Below are positions 27,060-34,356 of a DNA stretch of 64,000 nt, one piece after another (position 1 is the stretch's first letter; every line of letters begins with the position of its first letter). The translations under genes were made by a program, and so were the position numbers. Source of the stretch: a virus; IMG/VR virus record IMGVR_UViG_3300022745_000001, positions 1-64,000 of that record; one strand, written 5' to 3'. The notes under the pieces are model-generated. The model searched no databases. It worked only from the letters and a program-made list of their open reading frames with translations, and had not been told where the DNA came from.

Positions 27060-28583
27060 TTAATAGTACGCGCGGTTACGGCGGCGCTCGAATGGCTCGC
27101 CATCATCGTCGGATTGTAGGCGGATGAGGCCGCCTTGTCGAAAGCGCATGAGCGCCTGCGAGCAGCAGTCCACCATTTCATCGTGCTCGCCGTTGGGGAA
27201 CTCCGCAATCTCGTCCATCACCGCGTGCGCCCAGCGCCTATCAGGACACCACACCATGCCGGACGCGAAAATGTCAGCGACCGAGTTCAACCGGGCGCGT
27301 TTGTCCGCTCCCCGGCTGGGCGTGTACTCCCCCACCGGGATGCCTATCGCGCGGAACTCCTGAATCAGCGGTGCACCGGCCGCTTTCTTCTCGATGATGG
27401 TCAGGTCGGGCTTCCACTCCTTGTAATAGTCCAAGGCGAACTTCTTCAGCTCTGGAAACTCCTTGCGGCCCGTCCACGCGTCCAGCAAAATCAGCTCATC
27501 GCGGTTGTTTTTCTCGTTCCAGAAGATTCCCCAGCTTTGAACGCCGCTAGGGTCGGCAGATTCCTTGGCGGTGTGCGCTGTATCCCAGCTATGCAGGATG
27601 ATTGAGCACGGCGGCGGGTCTTCTTTGTCCCAAATCTTCCACCATTCGCGCTTGACGATGGCTCCTTCCTCAGAAGTTGGCTCCTGCATGTACTGCGCGG
27701 CCCAAAATTGAGGAAACATGCCCGCTTTTTTCCCCAAAAGTTGTTCTACGGGCCATTGTTCGGGCCAAAGTGAGGCTCCAGAGGGCAAAATCGCCGGAAA
27801 ACGCACCTCATTCCACGGTAGGGAGTCCGAATTGTTCTCCGCCCACTGCAACGCGCGACCGATTGGGTCTTTTTTACCCCACCGGGTGCCGATCATGATG
27901 ATCCGCCCGCCCGGCATCAGTCGCTGGAGGGGGCCGACTTGCATGTATTCCCATGCTTGGGCGAAGGTTTTGTCAGGATCGGAGGCAAGAACGGCCTGTT
28001 CAGATACCAAGTCATCCCCGATGAGTAGGTGTGCGCCGTGGCCTGCCACGTTTGCCCCGATACCGATGGCAAGATACTTGCCACCCAGCGTTGTTGACCA
28101 GTTGGAAGCAGCGGACTTATCGCGGGCGACGACTGTATCTGGAAAAACTTCATGGTAAATGTCCGAATCTAGTAAGTTGCGCACCTTGCGGCCGAAGTCA
28201 GCCGACAGGTCGGCCGTGTGCGTCACCATCATGATGTGGTGGCCGGGGTTGTGGCCGAGGTACCAAGCCACGAACAAGTAGGCGATCGTCTCGGACTTGC
28301 CGAACCGGGGCGGCATCGAGACGGTCATGCGCAGCTCGGTTCCCGAGTTGACGTTGTGCAGCAGCGGGCGCATGTGCCGGTGGTGCGGCCCCTCCTTGAA
28401 TCCGGGGTACACGAAGTGGCAGAACTTCAGGAAGTCCGCCTTGGCCCCGGCGCGGGCCATCTTGCGCTCCAACTCTTCGAGGTCAAGCAGCAACTGCTCC
28501 TGCTCATTGCGCGGCAGATTTGGTAGTGCCGCCAGCAGGATGTCGATTTCTTGCGGAGTTAGCGCATCCGCGTTGAGCTGCAT
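27060..28583 (-). CDS. terL: terminase large subunit
   Basis: 507 aa. Walker-A-like PPRFGKSE and ATPase/nuclease-type acidic motifs (LLIGDD, IIMIGTRW, HSWDTA). Lies upstream of the portal gene. Confidence 0.85.
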   Translation of the reverse strand: MQLNADALTPQEIDILLAALPNLPRNEQEQLLLDLEELERKMARAGAKADFLKFCHFVYPGFKEGPHHRHMRPLLHNVNSGTELRMTVSMPPRFGKSETIAYLFVAWYLGHNPGHHIMMVTHTADLSADFGRKVRNLLDSDIYHEVFPDTVVARDKSAASNWSTTLGGKYLAIGIGANVAGHGAHLLIGDDLVSEQAVLASDPDKTFAQAWEYMQVGPLQRLMPGGRIIMIGTRWGKKDPIGRALQWAENNSDSLPWNEVRFPAILPSGASLWPEQWPVEQLLGKKAGMFPQFWAAQYMQEPTSEEGAIVKREWWKIWDKEDPPPCSIILHSWDTAHTAKESADPSGVQSWGIFWNEKNNRDELILLDAWTGRKEFPELKKFALDYYKEWKPDLTIIEKKAAGAPLIQEFRAIGIPVGEYTPSRGADKRARLNSVADIFASGMVWCPDRRWAHAVMDEIAEFPNGEHDEMVDCCSQALMRFRQGGLIRLQSDDDGEPFERRRNRAYY

Positions 28584-28828
28584 CAGACTTTCTTCGAGAT
28601 GCCGTAGCCCTTGTAGCCGTTGATGCTGCCGCCTTTGGCGTAGCCCTTGGTACTACGGCTGGCACGCGCTTTTGCTACTTCGGCGTCCTCTTCGGCCATG
28701 TTGGCACGCTTGTCGTCGGCAGCCTTCTGATTCTTCATCGTTGCCGCTGTCGGATTTCCAAGCGAGTTGTTCTCGTCAGTCAAACGAAAAGCGTCTTTGA
28801 GCGACGGGGGGCTTTCTTTGATTCCCAT
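28583..28828 (-). CDS. small basic protein with YAKGGSI
   Basis: 81-aa ORF. 1-nt overlap with the terL start. Confidence 0.6.
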   Translation of the reverse strand: MGIKESPPSLKDAFRLTDENNSLGNPTAATMKNQKAADDKRANMAEEDAEVAKARASRSTKGYAKGGSINGYKGYGISKKV

Positions 28829-28829
28829 A

Positions 28830-29378
28830 TCAATCCTTCGGGGTTACGGTTTCTATCTCGACCACCTTTGGAATAAGGGTCGCCAGTCGGGCGGCGGTTG
28901 CCCGCACACGCGCCTGCAACTCCTCGGAGGTCGCGTCGATTTTCTTGATTTCCACACGTTCTGTAAAGCTGCCAATCTCGGTCAGCTTGCCCAGCAGCTC
29001 AATGGCCTTCAGACGTATGCGTGCATCGGGGTGTTTGGACTCTTCAAGGAGCTTGGCTACGACATAGCCGCGCATCTCCTTGGCCTGCTCGACGTAGGCC
29101 CAGTCGTACTCGCTGAGCATCCCAGCAAGATGTTTCACAGCTTGTGGCACGCGTAGCGTGGCAACGGCCTTCTTCTTTTCGGCGTCTGTCAGGTCGGGGT
29201 TTGTCACGGCGGCGAATGCCTGCCGCGCGGCGTCCTTCTGGTTGTCACTCACCACGGTAGTGGTGTCCACGGCGTCGAGCCAGTGGGCGGTGGTGGCCTG
29301 TGCGTCCAGCAGTTCTGTGGTGTCCATGTCTTCGAAGTCATCGAAGTCAGGATTAAGTAAGTGTTCCAACGGTTTCAT
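28830..29378 (-). CDS. terminase small subunit candidate
   Basis: 182-aa acidic ORF, first gene of the late block. Contains ARIRLKAIELLGKLTEIGSF, resembling TerS helices. Confidence 0.45.
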   Translation of the reverse strand: MKPLEHLLNPDFDDFEDMDTTELLDAQATTAHWLDAVDTTTVVSDNQKDAARQAFAAVTNPDLTDAEKKKAVATLRVPQAVKHLAGMLSEYDWAYVEQAKEMRGYVVAKLLEESKHPDARIRLKAIELLGKLTEIGSFTERVEIKKIDATSEELQARVRATAARLATLIPKVVEIETVTPKD

Positions 29379-29406
29379 CGCAGCCTCTGGTAAGTGGCGT
29401 TGGCGT

Positions 29407-29434
29407 ATGGTACCATTCTGTCACGGCATCGCAA
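29407..29434 (-). promoter_or_regulatory. possible sigma70-like promoter for the late block
   Basis: Minus strand reads TTGCGA-N16-TACCAT, about 30 nt upstream of the 29378 start. Confidence 0.3.
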
Positions 29435-29486
29435 GCCGTCTTGCTTTATGTCATCTCCCTGACTTCCGGGTTGCCCCCGGACTTAC

Positions 29487-29519
29487 CCCCCAGATCGCAA
29501 GGTCTGGGGGTTATTTTTT
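29487..29519 (+). terminator. intrinsic terminator-like hairpin just upstream of the early promoter
   Basis: CCCCCAGA-tcgcaagg-TCTGGGGG followed by TTATTTTTT. Confidence 0.55.
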
Positions 29520-29529
29520 GCCCAAATAG

Positions 29530-29559
29530 TTGACAATTTTTGTCGGAAAATTTTATAAA
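29530..29559 (+). promoter_or_regulatory. sigma70-like early promoter
   Basis: TTGACA-N18-TATAAA in an AT-rich tract at the head of the plus-strand block. Confidence 0.55.
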
Positions 29560-29656
29560 AAATTTTTGGTATGTACTAGCTTAATTTTTAAGCAAAAACG
29601 GTAAGAACGGGTGCGGAATAGTGTTTTACGCGCGATGCACAGGGCCATCAAATCTT

Positions 29657-29677
29657 GGGGGGTTGGGGTAGGGTGGG
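29657..29677 (+). other. G-quadruplex-forming motif in the early leader
   Basis: GGGGGGTTGGGGTAGGGTGGG: four G-runs of at least 3 with 1-2 nt loops. Confidence 0.5.
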
Positions 29678-29759
29678 TCAGCCAGCCCCCGATTTAGGGA
29701 CATCAAACACCCCAAATAAACACGGATTGATGTAATAAAGGCATGAATTGAGGGTTCAA

Positions 29760-29776
29760 AGGGACATATTGTCCCT
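29760..29776 (+). promoter_or_regulatory. early hairpin palindrome, copy 0 (7-bp arms)
   Basis: AGGGACA-tat-TGTCCCT, 30 nt before the 29806 start. A TAGGGACA half-site lies at 29694-29701. Confidence 0.6.
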
Positions 29777-29805
29777 ACTCTTTGGTTCATTACTGGAGAT
29801 TTATT

Positions 29806-30228
29806 ATGTCTATCGCTATCCAAGTCAATGCTATTACCACTGCTATCAACCAAATGGTTGATGGGTTCCTATCCTTCGATGATGCCTGTGCAAAGGTGCG
29901 GGCCTATCGTGCGGCCGAGCAACTCGACGCGGACACCGCCCGCGAGTACATCCAAGTTGCCTTGCTTGCCAAGAAGCCAGAGTATCGCAAGCAGGTTACA
30001 GAGAATGGCAAGCCCGCTCAGGACAGCGCATTCAAGAAGGCCGTGACCCGCATGATGAGCGCTACAGACCCAGACAAGGGCGCTGTTGCCGAGCAAACCG
30101 GCGCAGTGACCAAGGCTGGCAAGAAGCTCAGCGCTGACCAGAAGGCGCTGAAAGAGTACATGGCAACCATCGTTGCAGAGTTGATGGCTCAGGGCTGGAC
30201 CAAGACTGATATCAAGGCTGCCATCTAA
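29806..30228 (+). CDS. early protein, function unknown
   Basis: Start moved to ATG 29806 (MSIAIQV...) behind GGAG, within track ORF 29782..30228. Confidence 0.65.
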   Translation: MSIAIQVNAITTAINQMVDGFLSFDDACAKVRAYRAAEQLDADTAREYIQVALLAKKPEYRKQVTENGKPAQDSAFKKAVTRMMSATDPDKGAVAEQTGAVTKAGKKLSADQKALKEYMATIVAELMAQGWTKTDIKAAI

Positions 30229-30230
30229 TT

Positions 30231-30253
30231 ACTAGGGACACAATGTCCCTAGT
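30231..30253 (+). promoter_or_regulatory. early hairpin palindrome, copy 1 (10-bp arms)
   Basis: ACTAGGGACA-caa-TGTCCCTAGT, starting 3 nt after the stop at 30228. Confidence 0.65.
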
Positions 30254-30368
30254 ATCTTGCGCTGTATATGTTAGTGAGCGCTTACGTTCGATGGGGGCTG
30301 GCGGGTTCCACCGTCTCGCCGCTCCACATCGCCCATTCCTTTTACTGCGATACGTTTAGGAGAATCTC

Positions 30369-30527
30369 ATGCTGACAACCCGCACCATCTTCTATCGCAA
30401 GATGTTTCGCAAAGCCATGCGTTCCTTCCGCTTCTGGCGGGCACAGGGCGCAGAGACGCGGCACTACAAGGACGAGGCACGCGCCATGCTCATCGCATAC
30501 CGTGATGCCAAGCTACACAACCTGTGA
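30369..30527 (+). CDS. 52-aa Arg-rich early peptide
   Basis: Hand-translated MLTTRTIFYRKMFRKAMRSFRFWRAQGAETRHYKDEARAMLIAYRDAKLHNL behind TAGGAG. Below the track cutoff. Confidence 0.5.
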   Translation: MLTTRTIFYRKMFRKAMRSFRFWRAQGAETRHYKDEARAMLIAYRDAKLHNL

Positions 30528-30622
30528 CTTGTCACAGTCGCGCGACCCGTAACAGAACCCGTGTGACAACCAACTCTCCGTGCCTTGCGTGCAGGGCATC
30601 GGGGGCGACTTGCCCATAACCC

Positions 30623-30641
30623 TAGGGACACATTGTCCCTA
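30623..30641 (+). promoter_or_regulatory. early hairpin palindrome, copy 2
   Basis: TAGGGACA-cat-TGTCCCTA, followed by CCTCTAGGAGATTGACATG. Confidence 0.65.
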
Positions 30642-30657
30642 CCTCTAGGAGATTGAC

Positions 30658-30873
30658 ATGACACAACTACGCACCATCAACCGCAGCAACCACTACCTCG
30701 GCATCCTTGCCAAGCTGCAGTCCGAACGCGAGGCCCGTGAGATAGCCGACTCACTCAACCCACCCGTTGCTGCAACCCGTTGCGGCGGCACATACCAGAC
30801 CCATTACTTTGGTGACGTACGTATTACGTACAAGCGCAGCCGCGCAGCAGTCATGATTCGCTTTTCTTACTAG
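30658..30873 (+). CDS. early protein, function unknown
   Basis: 71-aa ORF behind GGAGATTGAC. Its TAG stop lies inside the next palindrome. Confidence 0.65.
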   Translation: MTQLRTINRSNHYLGILAKLQSEREAREIADSLNPPVAATRCGGTYQTHYFGDVRITYKRSRAAVMIRFSY

Positions 30874-30891
30874 GGACTAACTGTCCCTAGT
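30869..30891 (+). promoter_or_regulatory. early hairpin palindrome, copy 3 (variant loop)
   Basis: ACTAGGGAC-taact-GTCCCTAGT. Confidence 0.6.
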
Positions 30892-31009
30892 ACATATACC
30901 TAAGATTTGACAAACCCGATTTGTACTAGGTGTCATGTTGCGGTAGGTTGGGTACCATCTAAGGCGTTTACCCAATGAAATCAACAACTTAGCGATTTCA
31001 AACGCCCCT

Positions 31010-31096
31010 ACACACACATATACATAATACAGATATATATGAGAGAGTGTATATATACATATATGTGTGTCTATCTATAAATATATGTTTGTATCG
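31010..31096. repeat. AT-rich alternating purine-pyrimidine tract with an 11-bp inverted repeat
   Basis: ACACACATATA (31012-31022) and TATATGTGTGT (31060-31070), plus TA/CA/GA dinucleotide runs. Lies in the 313-bp gap 30874-31186. Confidence 0.7.
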
Positions 31097-31186
31097 AAAA
31101 ATGAATTTTCTGTGGCTGTTGTTTTCGCCGGAATTTCGGCCGGCACCGTGCTATACTCATATGCCAACCACTGAAAGGACTCAAAA

Positions 31187-32032
31187 ATGGCTGATTTACG
31201 CACCATCATGCTCGAACAGGGCGTGTCACCCCACACTGCGGAGGCTGTTCTACTAGCCTACACCGCTGCTCGTAAGCAACGCAAGGAACCAGACGCCATC
31301 TGGAGCGCTCTGCTTTCCAAAGCCAAGGCCGCTCGATTGAACATCACGTCCAATCGACCCAAGCGCGTAGGCAACCCCGTTGCACCCTTGTATGAGGAAT
31401 ACTACGATCTTATATGCAGCGCCATTGCCAAGATCGAGGAGGCATCGCTCCTCCTACTAGACGACGGCAAGCCGGTGCAGCCAAAGGATTTGGAGGCCAA
31501 GCGTGCCCAGACAAACAAGCGCCGCGCGGAAGAAGGCAAGCCCTTGCTAGCCGAGTGCATGGCTGACGCATGGCACACATGGATCGCACCCCAGACACGC
31601 GCCGACTTCCAAGAGAAGGTGCGCCAGTTCTACGCCAACAGCAACGCCACCCGCAAGGGCGGGCGCTTCACCCCATTCGTACTGCAGGCCGACAAGACCT
31701 CACTCACGAATGCCACAAACAAACTGTTGCAAGACCTGACGGAGCATCGTACCTTGCACAAGATGCCCGAGGCACCGGACAACGGCAAGGCATGGGGCAG
31801 CACCCGCTACTCCGCGCTTCAGCTTCGCATGGTGGCTGAAGGGTTCAAAGAACTGCGCTTGTATGGTGAGGCCGTGCGCGATGGGCGCATCGACCCGCTG
31901 ATTGACCCGCCGCCCAAGGACTGGCGGATGCTGTTGCCCGGCGACTTCCGTGCCCGCTTGCGTGCCGCTGATGCGAACCCGCCCGCCACTGAGCTGACGG
32001 ACTACGAAGAGCGGAACTTCTTGGCGGCATAG
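31187..32032 (+). CDS. early protein, function unknown
   Basis: 281-aa ORF. No motif recognised. Confidence 0.7.
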   Translation: MADLRTIMLEQGVSPHTAEAVLLAYTAARKQRKEPDAIWSALLSKAKAARLNITSNRPKRVGNPVAPLYEEYYDLICSAIAKIEEASLLLLDDGKPVQPKDLEAKRAQTNKRRAEEGKPLLAECMADAWHTWIAPQTRADFQEKVRQFYANSNATRKGGRFTPFVLQADKTSLTNATNKLLQDLTEHRTLHKMPEAPDNGKAWGSTRYSALQLRMVAEGFKELRLYGEAVRDGRIDPLIDPPPKDWRMLLPGDFRARLRAADANPPATELTDYEERNFLAA

Positions 32033-32036
32033 CACC

Positions 32037-32267
32037 ATGCCCCGCAGCGACACTATCTTTAGGGTGACTTCAGGCGCTTTCGGTAGGCTGAAGTTTCACA
32101 ACGTGCCCGATGAGTTGCTGGACTTCAAAGACCCGGACGGGCGTTTGAAGAAAGCCAGCCGCAACCTGCACATCTACCCACGCTATATAGGCGCACAGCC
32201 GTGGGACACGGACATTGACTTGCTTAACAAGCTGCGTTGGTACGTCAACGGGCTTAAGCAGTCATGA
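32037..32267 (+). CDS. early protein, function unknown
   Basis: 76-aa ORF. Confidence 0.6.
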   Translation: MPRSDTIFRVTSGAFGRLKFHNVPDELLDFKDPDGRLKKASRNLHIYPRYIGAQPWDTDIDLLNKLRWYVNGLKQS

Positions 32268-32274
32268 ATCGAAC

Positions 32275-32293
32275 TAGGGACACATTGTCCCTA
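32275..32293 (+). promoter_or_regulatory. early hairpin palindrome, copy 4
   Basis: TAGGGACA-cat-TGTCCCTA, 8 nt after the stop. Confidence 0.65.
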
Positions 32294-32299
32294 CCCGTC

Positions 32300-32316
32300 G
32301 CCAGTCGGTTACTGGC
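32300..32316 (+). promoter_or_regulatory. second hairpin of the bipartite cassette
   Basis: GCCAGT-cggtt-ACTGGC. Confidence 0.5.
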
Positions 32317-32334
32317 AAATCAAAGGAGATTGAC

Positions 32335-32523
32335 ATGACAACAAACCGACGCCCCACGTACCGCGTGAACTCCGTCACCCTCAAAGACGGACGCTACCTG
32401 CGCTTCTCGCACCGGTTCAATACTTGGCAAGTCCTTGATCGTGTGGGTAACTGGCGCAACGTGCGCCCTGAACTGGCCCGCTGCTATGCGGCAGCAGGGA
32501 TGATGATTGGGGTGCAGGTATGA
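32335..32523 (+). CDS. early protein, function unknown
   Basis: 62-aa ORF behind GGAGATTGAC. Confidence 0.65.
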   Translation: MTTNRRPTYRVNSVTLKDGRYLRFSHRFNTWQVLDRVGNWRNVRPELARCYAAAGMMIGVQV

Positions 32524-32696
32524 CCAGCAAAGCCTTCATCGCAAACCTGCTTGCCCTCGCCAGTATGCCTCGCATACTGGACGACGATGAGCAATACGAT
32601 GCACTGCAAGAAACACTTCATTCTGCTCACGTCGATGCGTACTGGGAAGATCGGTATGAGCGCGAGTGGGAAGAAGAACAGAACGACTGGGAGTAG
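32520..32696 (+). CDS. 58-aa acidic early peptide
   Basis: ATGA overlap with the upstream stop. Hand-translated MTSKAFIANLLALASMPRILDDDEQYDALQETLHSAHVDAYWEDRYEREWEEEQNDWE. Confidence 0.5.
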   Translation: MTSKAFIANLLALASMPRILDDDEQYDALQETLHSAHVDAYWEDRYEREWEEEQNDWE

Positions 32697-32736
32697 CACG
32701 CCTATCACCAGTCATGAAAGCGCCGCCAAGAGCGCA

Positions 32737-32755
32737 CGGTTAACGCTGTTAACCG
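32737..32755 (+). promoter_or_regulatory. 8-3-8 hairpin with a different sequence
   Basis: CGGTTAAC-gct-GTTAACCG, 60 nt before the 32815 start. Confidence 0.45.
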
Positions 32756-32814
32756 CTACGGCCGCCTGTCCGCCACAGGCACAACAACGAGGCATAGACC
32801 TCATGGAGATTGAC

Positions 32815-34344
32815 ATGAAAGATCGTTCCTTCCCAACTATTTGGGCACAAGCTGTTCGCGCCATCAACCGCGTCAACCGCTATCAGTATTTTGTCGAGAC
32901 GGATACCTACGCCTACGGCCCACACAAATGGTGGCTTAGTATCACCCACGCGTTCGACCTACACCCTGTGGTCGCCCACATCGTAGGTACCGAGATGATA
33001 CGCCCCATCGACTGGCAACTGCTGTTGCTGGAGTGGCCGCACGTCAGCACTGATGACGACAGCCAGATCGCCTACACACGCAACGAGGCCGCTGGCCGTG
33101 ACTTCATCGACAACGGCAGTCGCCGTCAGACCCGCACGTCTATCGGCAAGTACCTAGCTCGCCACTGGCCCCATGTGGCTGACCATGTGCGCCGTGATTG
33201 GGCTGGCCGACACGCAGCCAGCGTGTGCGAGATTTGGGATACCAAGGAGGGCATCATCAGTGGTGTCGAGCTTGGCCCACGCTCGTGCATGAAGTCAACC
33301 TATGGCAGCATCCCGTTCAGCAGCGGCGACAACGCAGCGTTGGTGCAGTATCGTGCTGGCAACTGCGAGTCCAGTGACGTAGCATGGGACTACCACCCCT
33401 ACTCGGTGTATGACCCCGCACTCGGCTGGCGCATGGCAGTGCGCTTGGAGAAGGGCAAGCCTGACCTCGTGCTGGGTCGTGCGCTGGTGCACACAGAGCA
33501 GAAGACGTTCGTGCGCAGCTACCTGCGTGGTGAGACGGAGAGCAGCACATCGTACACAGACGAGAAGCTCGAAGCATGGCTGCGTGAGCAGGGCTACAAC
33601 AAGGCTGACGGCTGGGTGTTCGGTACCAAGTTCGCCAAGGTGTCGCACCCCAGTCAGGGCGGATACATGATGCCGTACATCGACGGCGGGTATCGCAACT
33701 GCGAGGAGGATGGCAACTACATCGTGCTGGTGCGCCGTGGTGGCTACTGCTGTGACAACACAGACGGTACGTTCGACAACCGTGAGGCGATGGGTGATTG
33801 CGAGGACTGCGGCGAGACTGTGTATGAGGAAGATGATGACCGCATCTGGGTTGGCCGCAGCGAGGATCGCCTGATCGGCGGTGCGTGTGGTTGCGCCAAC
33901 AACTATCGCTGGTCTGAGGGCTACCGTGGCGAATACTATGTGCACGAGGATGATGTGATCGTCGTTGGTCGTACAAACTACGACCAGACTAGCTTGCCTG
34001 CGTGCATCAGGGAGCTGCATGATGGAGAGTACGCACACGAGGACGACTGCGTGTACATCGAGAACTGCGATGCGTACTACCTGTACGATGACTGCGTGAG
34101 GTGCGAGACTGACGACGACTACTACGTCAATGATGACGACGAGATCGTTGAGATCGACGGCAAGTATTACCGCAAGGATGACGACGAGGTAGTCAAGTGC
34201 GCTGACGATGAGTACCGCATGAGGGACGAGTGCTGGCAGTGCGCATACAGCGAAGAGTGGTACCCCGATGAAGATGACGGCGTAGATGTCGCGGAGGGCA
34301 AGTATCACCCCGACTCGCTGCGCGAGATGGCAGACAACGCTTAA
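32815..34344 (+). CDS. early protein with a highly acidic, Cys-rich, Tyr/Asp-repeat C-terminal region
   Basis: Start set at MKDRSF (ATG 32815) behind GGAGATTGAC, inside track ORF 32551..34344. C-terminal repeats of type YYVHEDDVIVV / YYVNDDDEIVEI / YYRKDDDEVVKC. Confidence 0.7.
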   Translation: MKDRSFPTIWAQAVRAINRVNRYQYFVETDTYAYGPHKWWLSITHAFDLHPVVAHIVGTEMIRPIDWQLLLLEWPHVSTDDDSQIAYTRNEAAGRDFIDNGSRRQTRTSIGKYLARHWPHVADHVRRDWAGRHAASVCEIWDTKEGIISGVELGPRSCMKSTYGSIPFSSGDNAALVQYRAGNCESSDVAWDYHPYSVYDPALGWRMAVRLEKGKPDLVLGRALVHTEQKTFVRSYLRGETESSTSYTDEKLEAWLREQGYNKADGWVFGTKFAKVSHPSQGGYMMPYIDGGYRNCEEDGNYIVLVRRGGYCCDNTDGTFDNREAMGDCEDCGETVYEEDDDRIWVGRSEDRLIGGACGCANNYRWSEGYRGEYYVHEDDVIVVGRTNYDQTSLPACIRELHDGEYAHEDDCVYIENCDAYYLYDDCVRCETDDDYYVNDDDEIVEIDGKYYRKDDDEVVKCADDEYRMRDECWQCAYSEEWYPDEDDGVDVAEGKYHPDSLREMADNA

Positions 34345-34356
34345 CAACCAAGGAGA

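Noticed and set aside
29626-29853. 75-aa minus-strand ORF in the early leader
   Set aside because: It runs against both flanking transcription units, covers the G-quadruplex tract and palindrome 0, and has no RBS.
30253-30368. Possible tRNA or small ncRNA in non-coding gaps (also 30528-30622 with the inverted repeat TTGTCACA...TGTGACAA)
   Set aside because: I could not find a cloverleaf with a T-loop GTTCRANYC-type sequence. The inverted repeats are short and lack supporting features, so I cannot support an RNA gene from sequence alone.
30907-30950. TTGACA at 30907-30912 as a promoter for the 31187 gene
   Set aside because: No acceptable -10 hexamer lies at 16-19 nt spacing. The best alternative (TTGTAC-N17-TAGGTT) is weak.
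31047-31256. 69-aa ORF MYIYIYVCLSINICLYRK... in the AT-rich island
   Set aside because: It is a translation of dinucleotide repeats with no RBS, and it overlaps the well-supported start at 31187.
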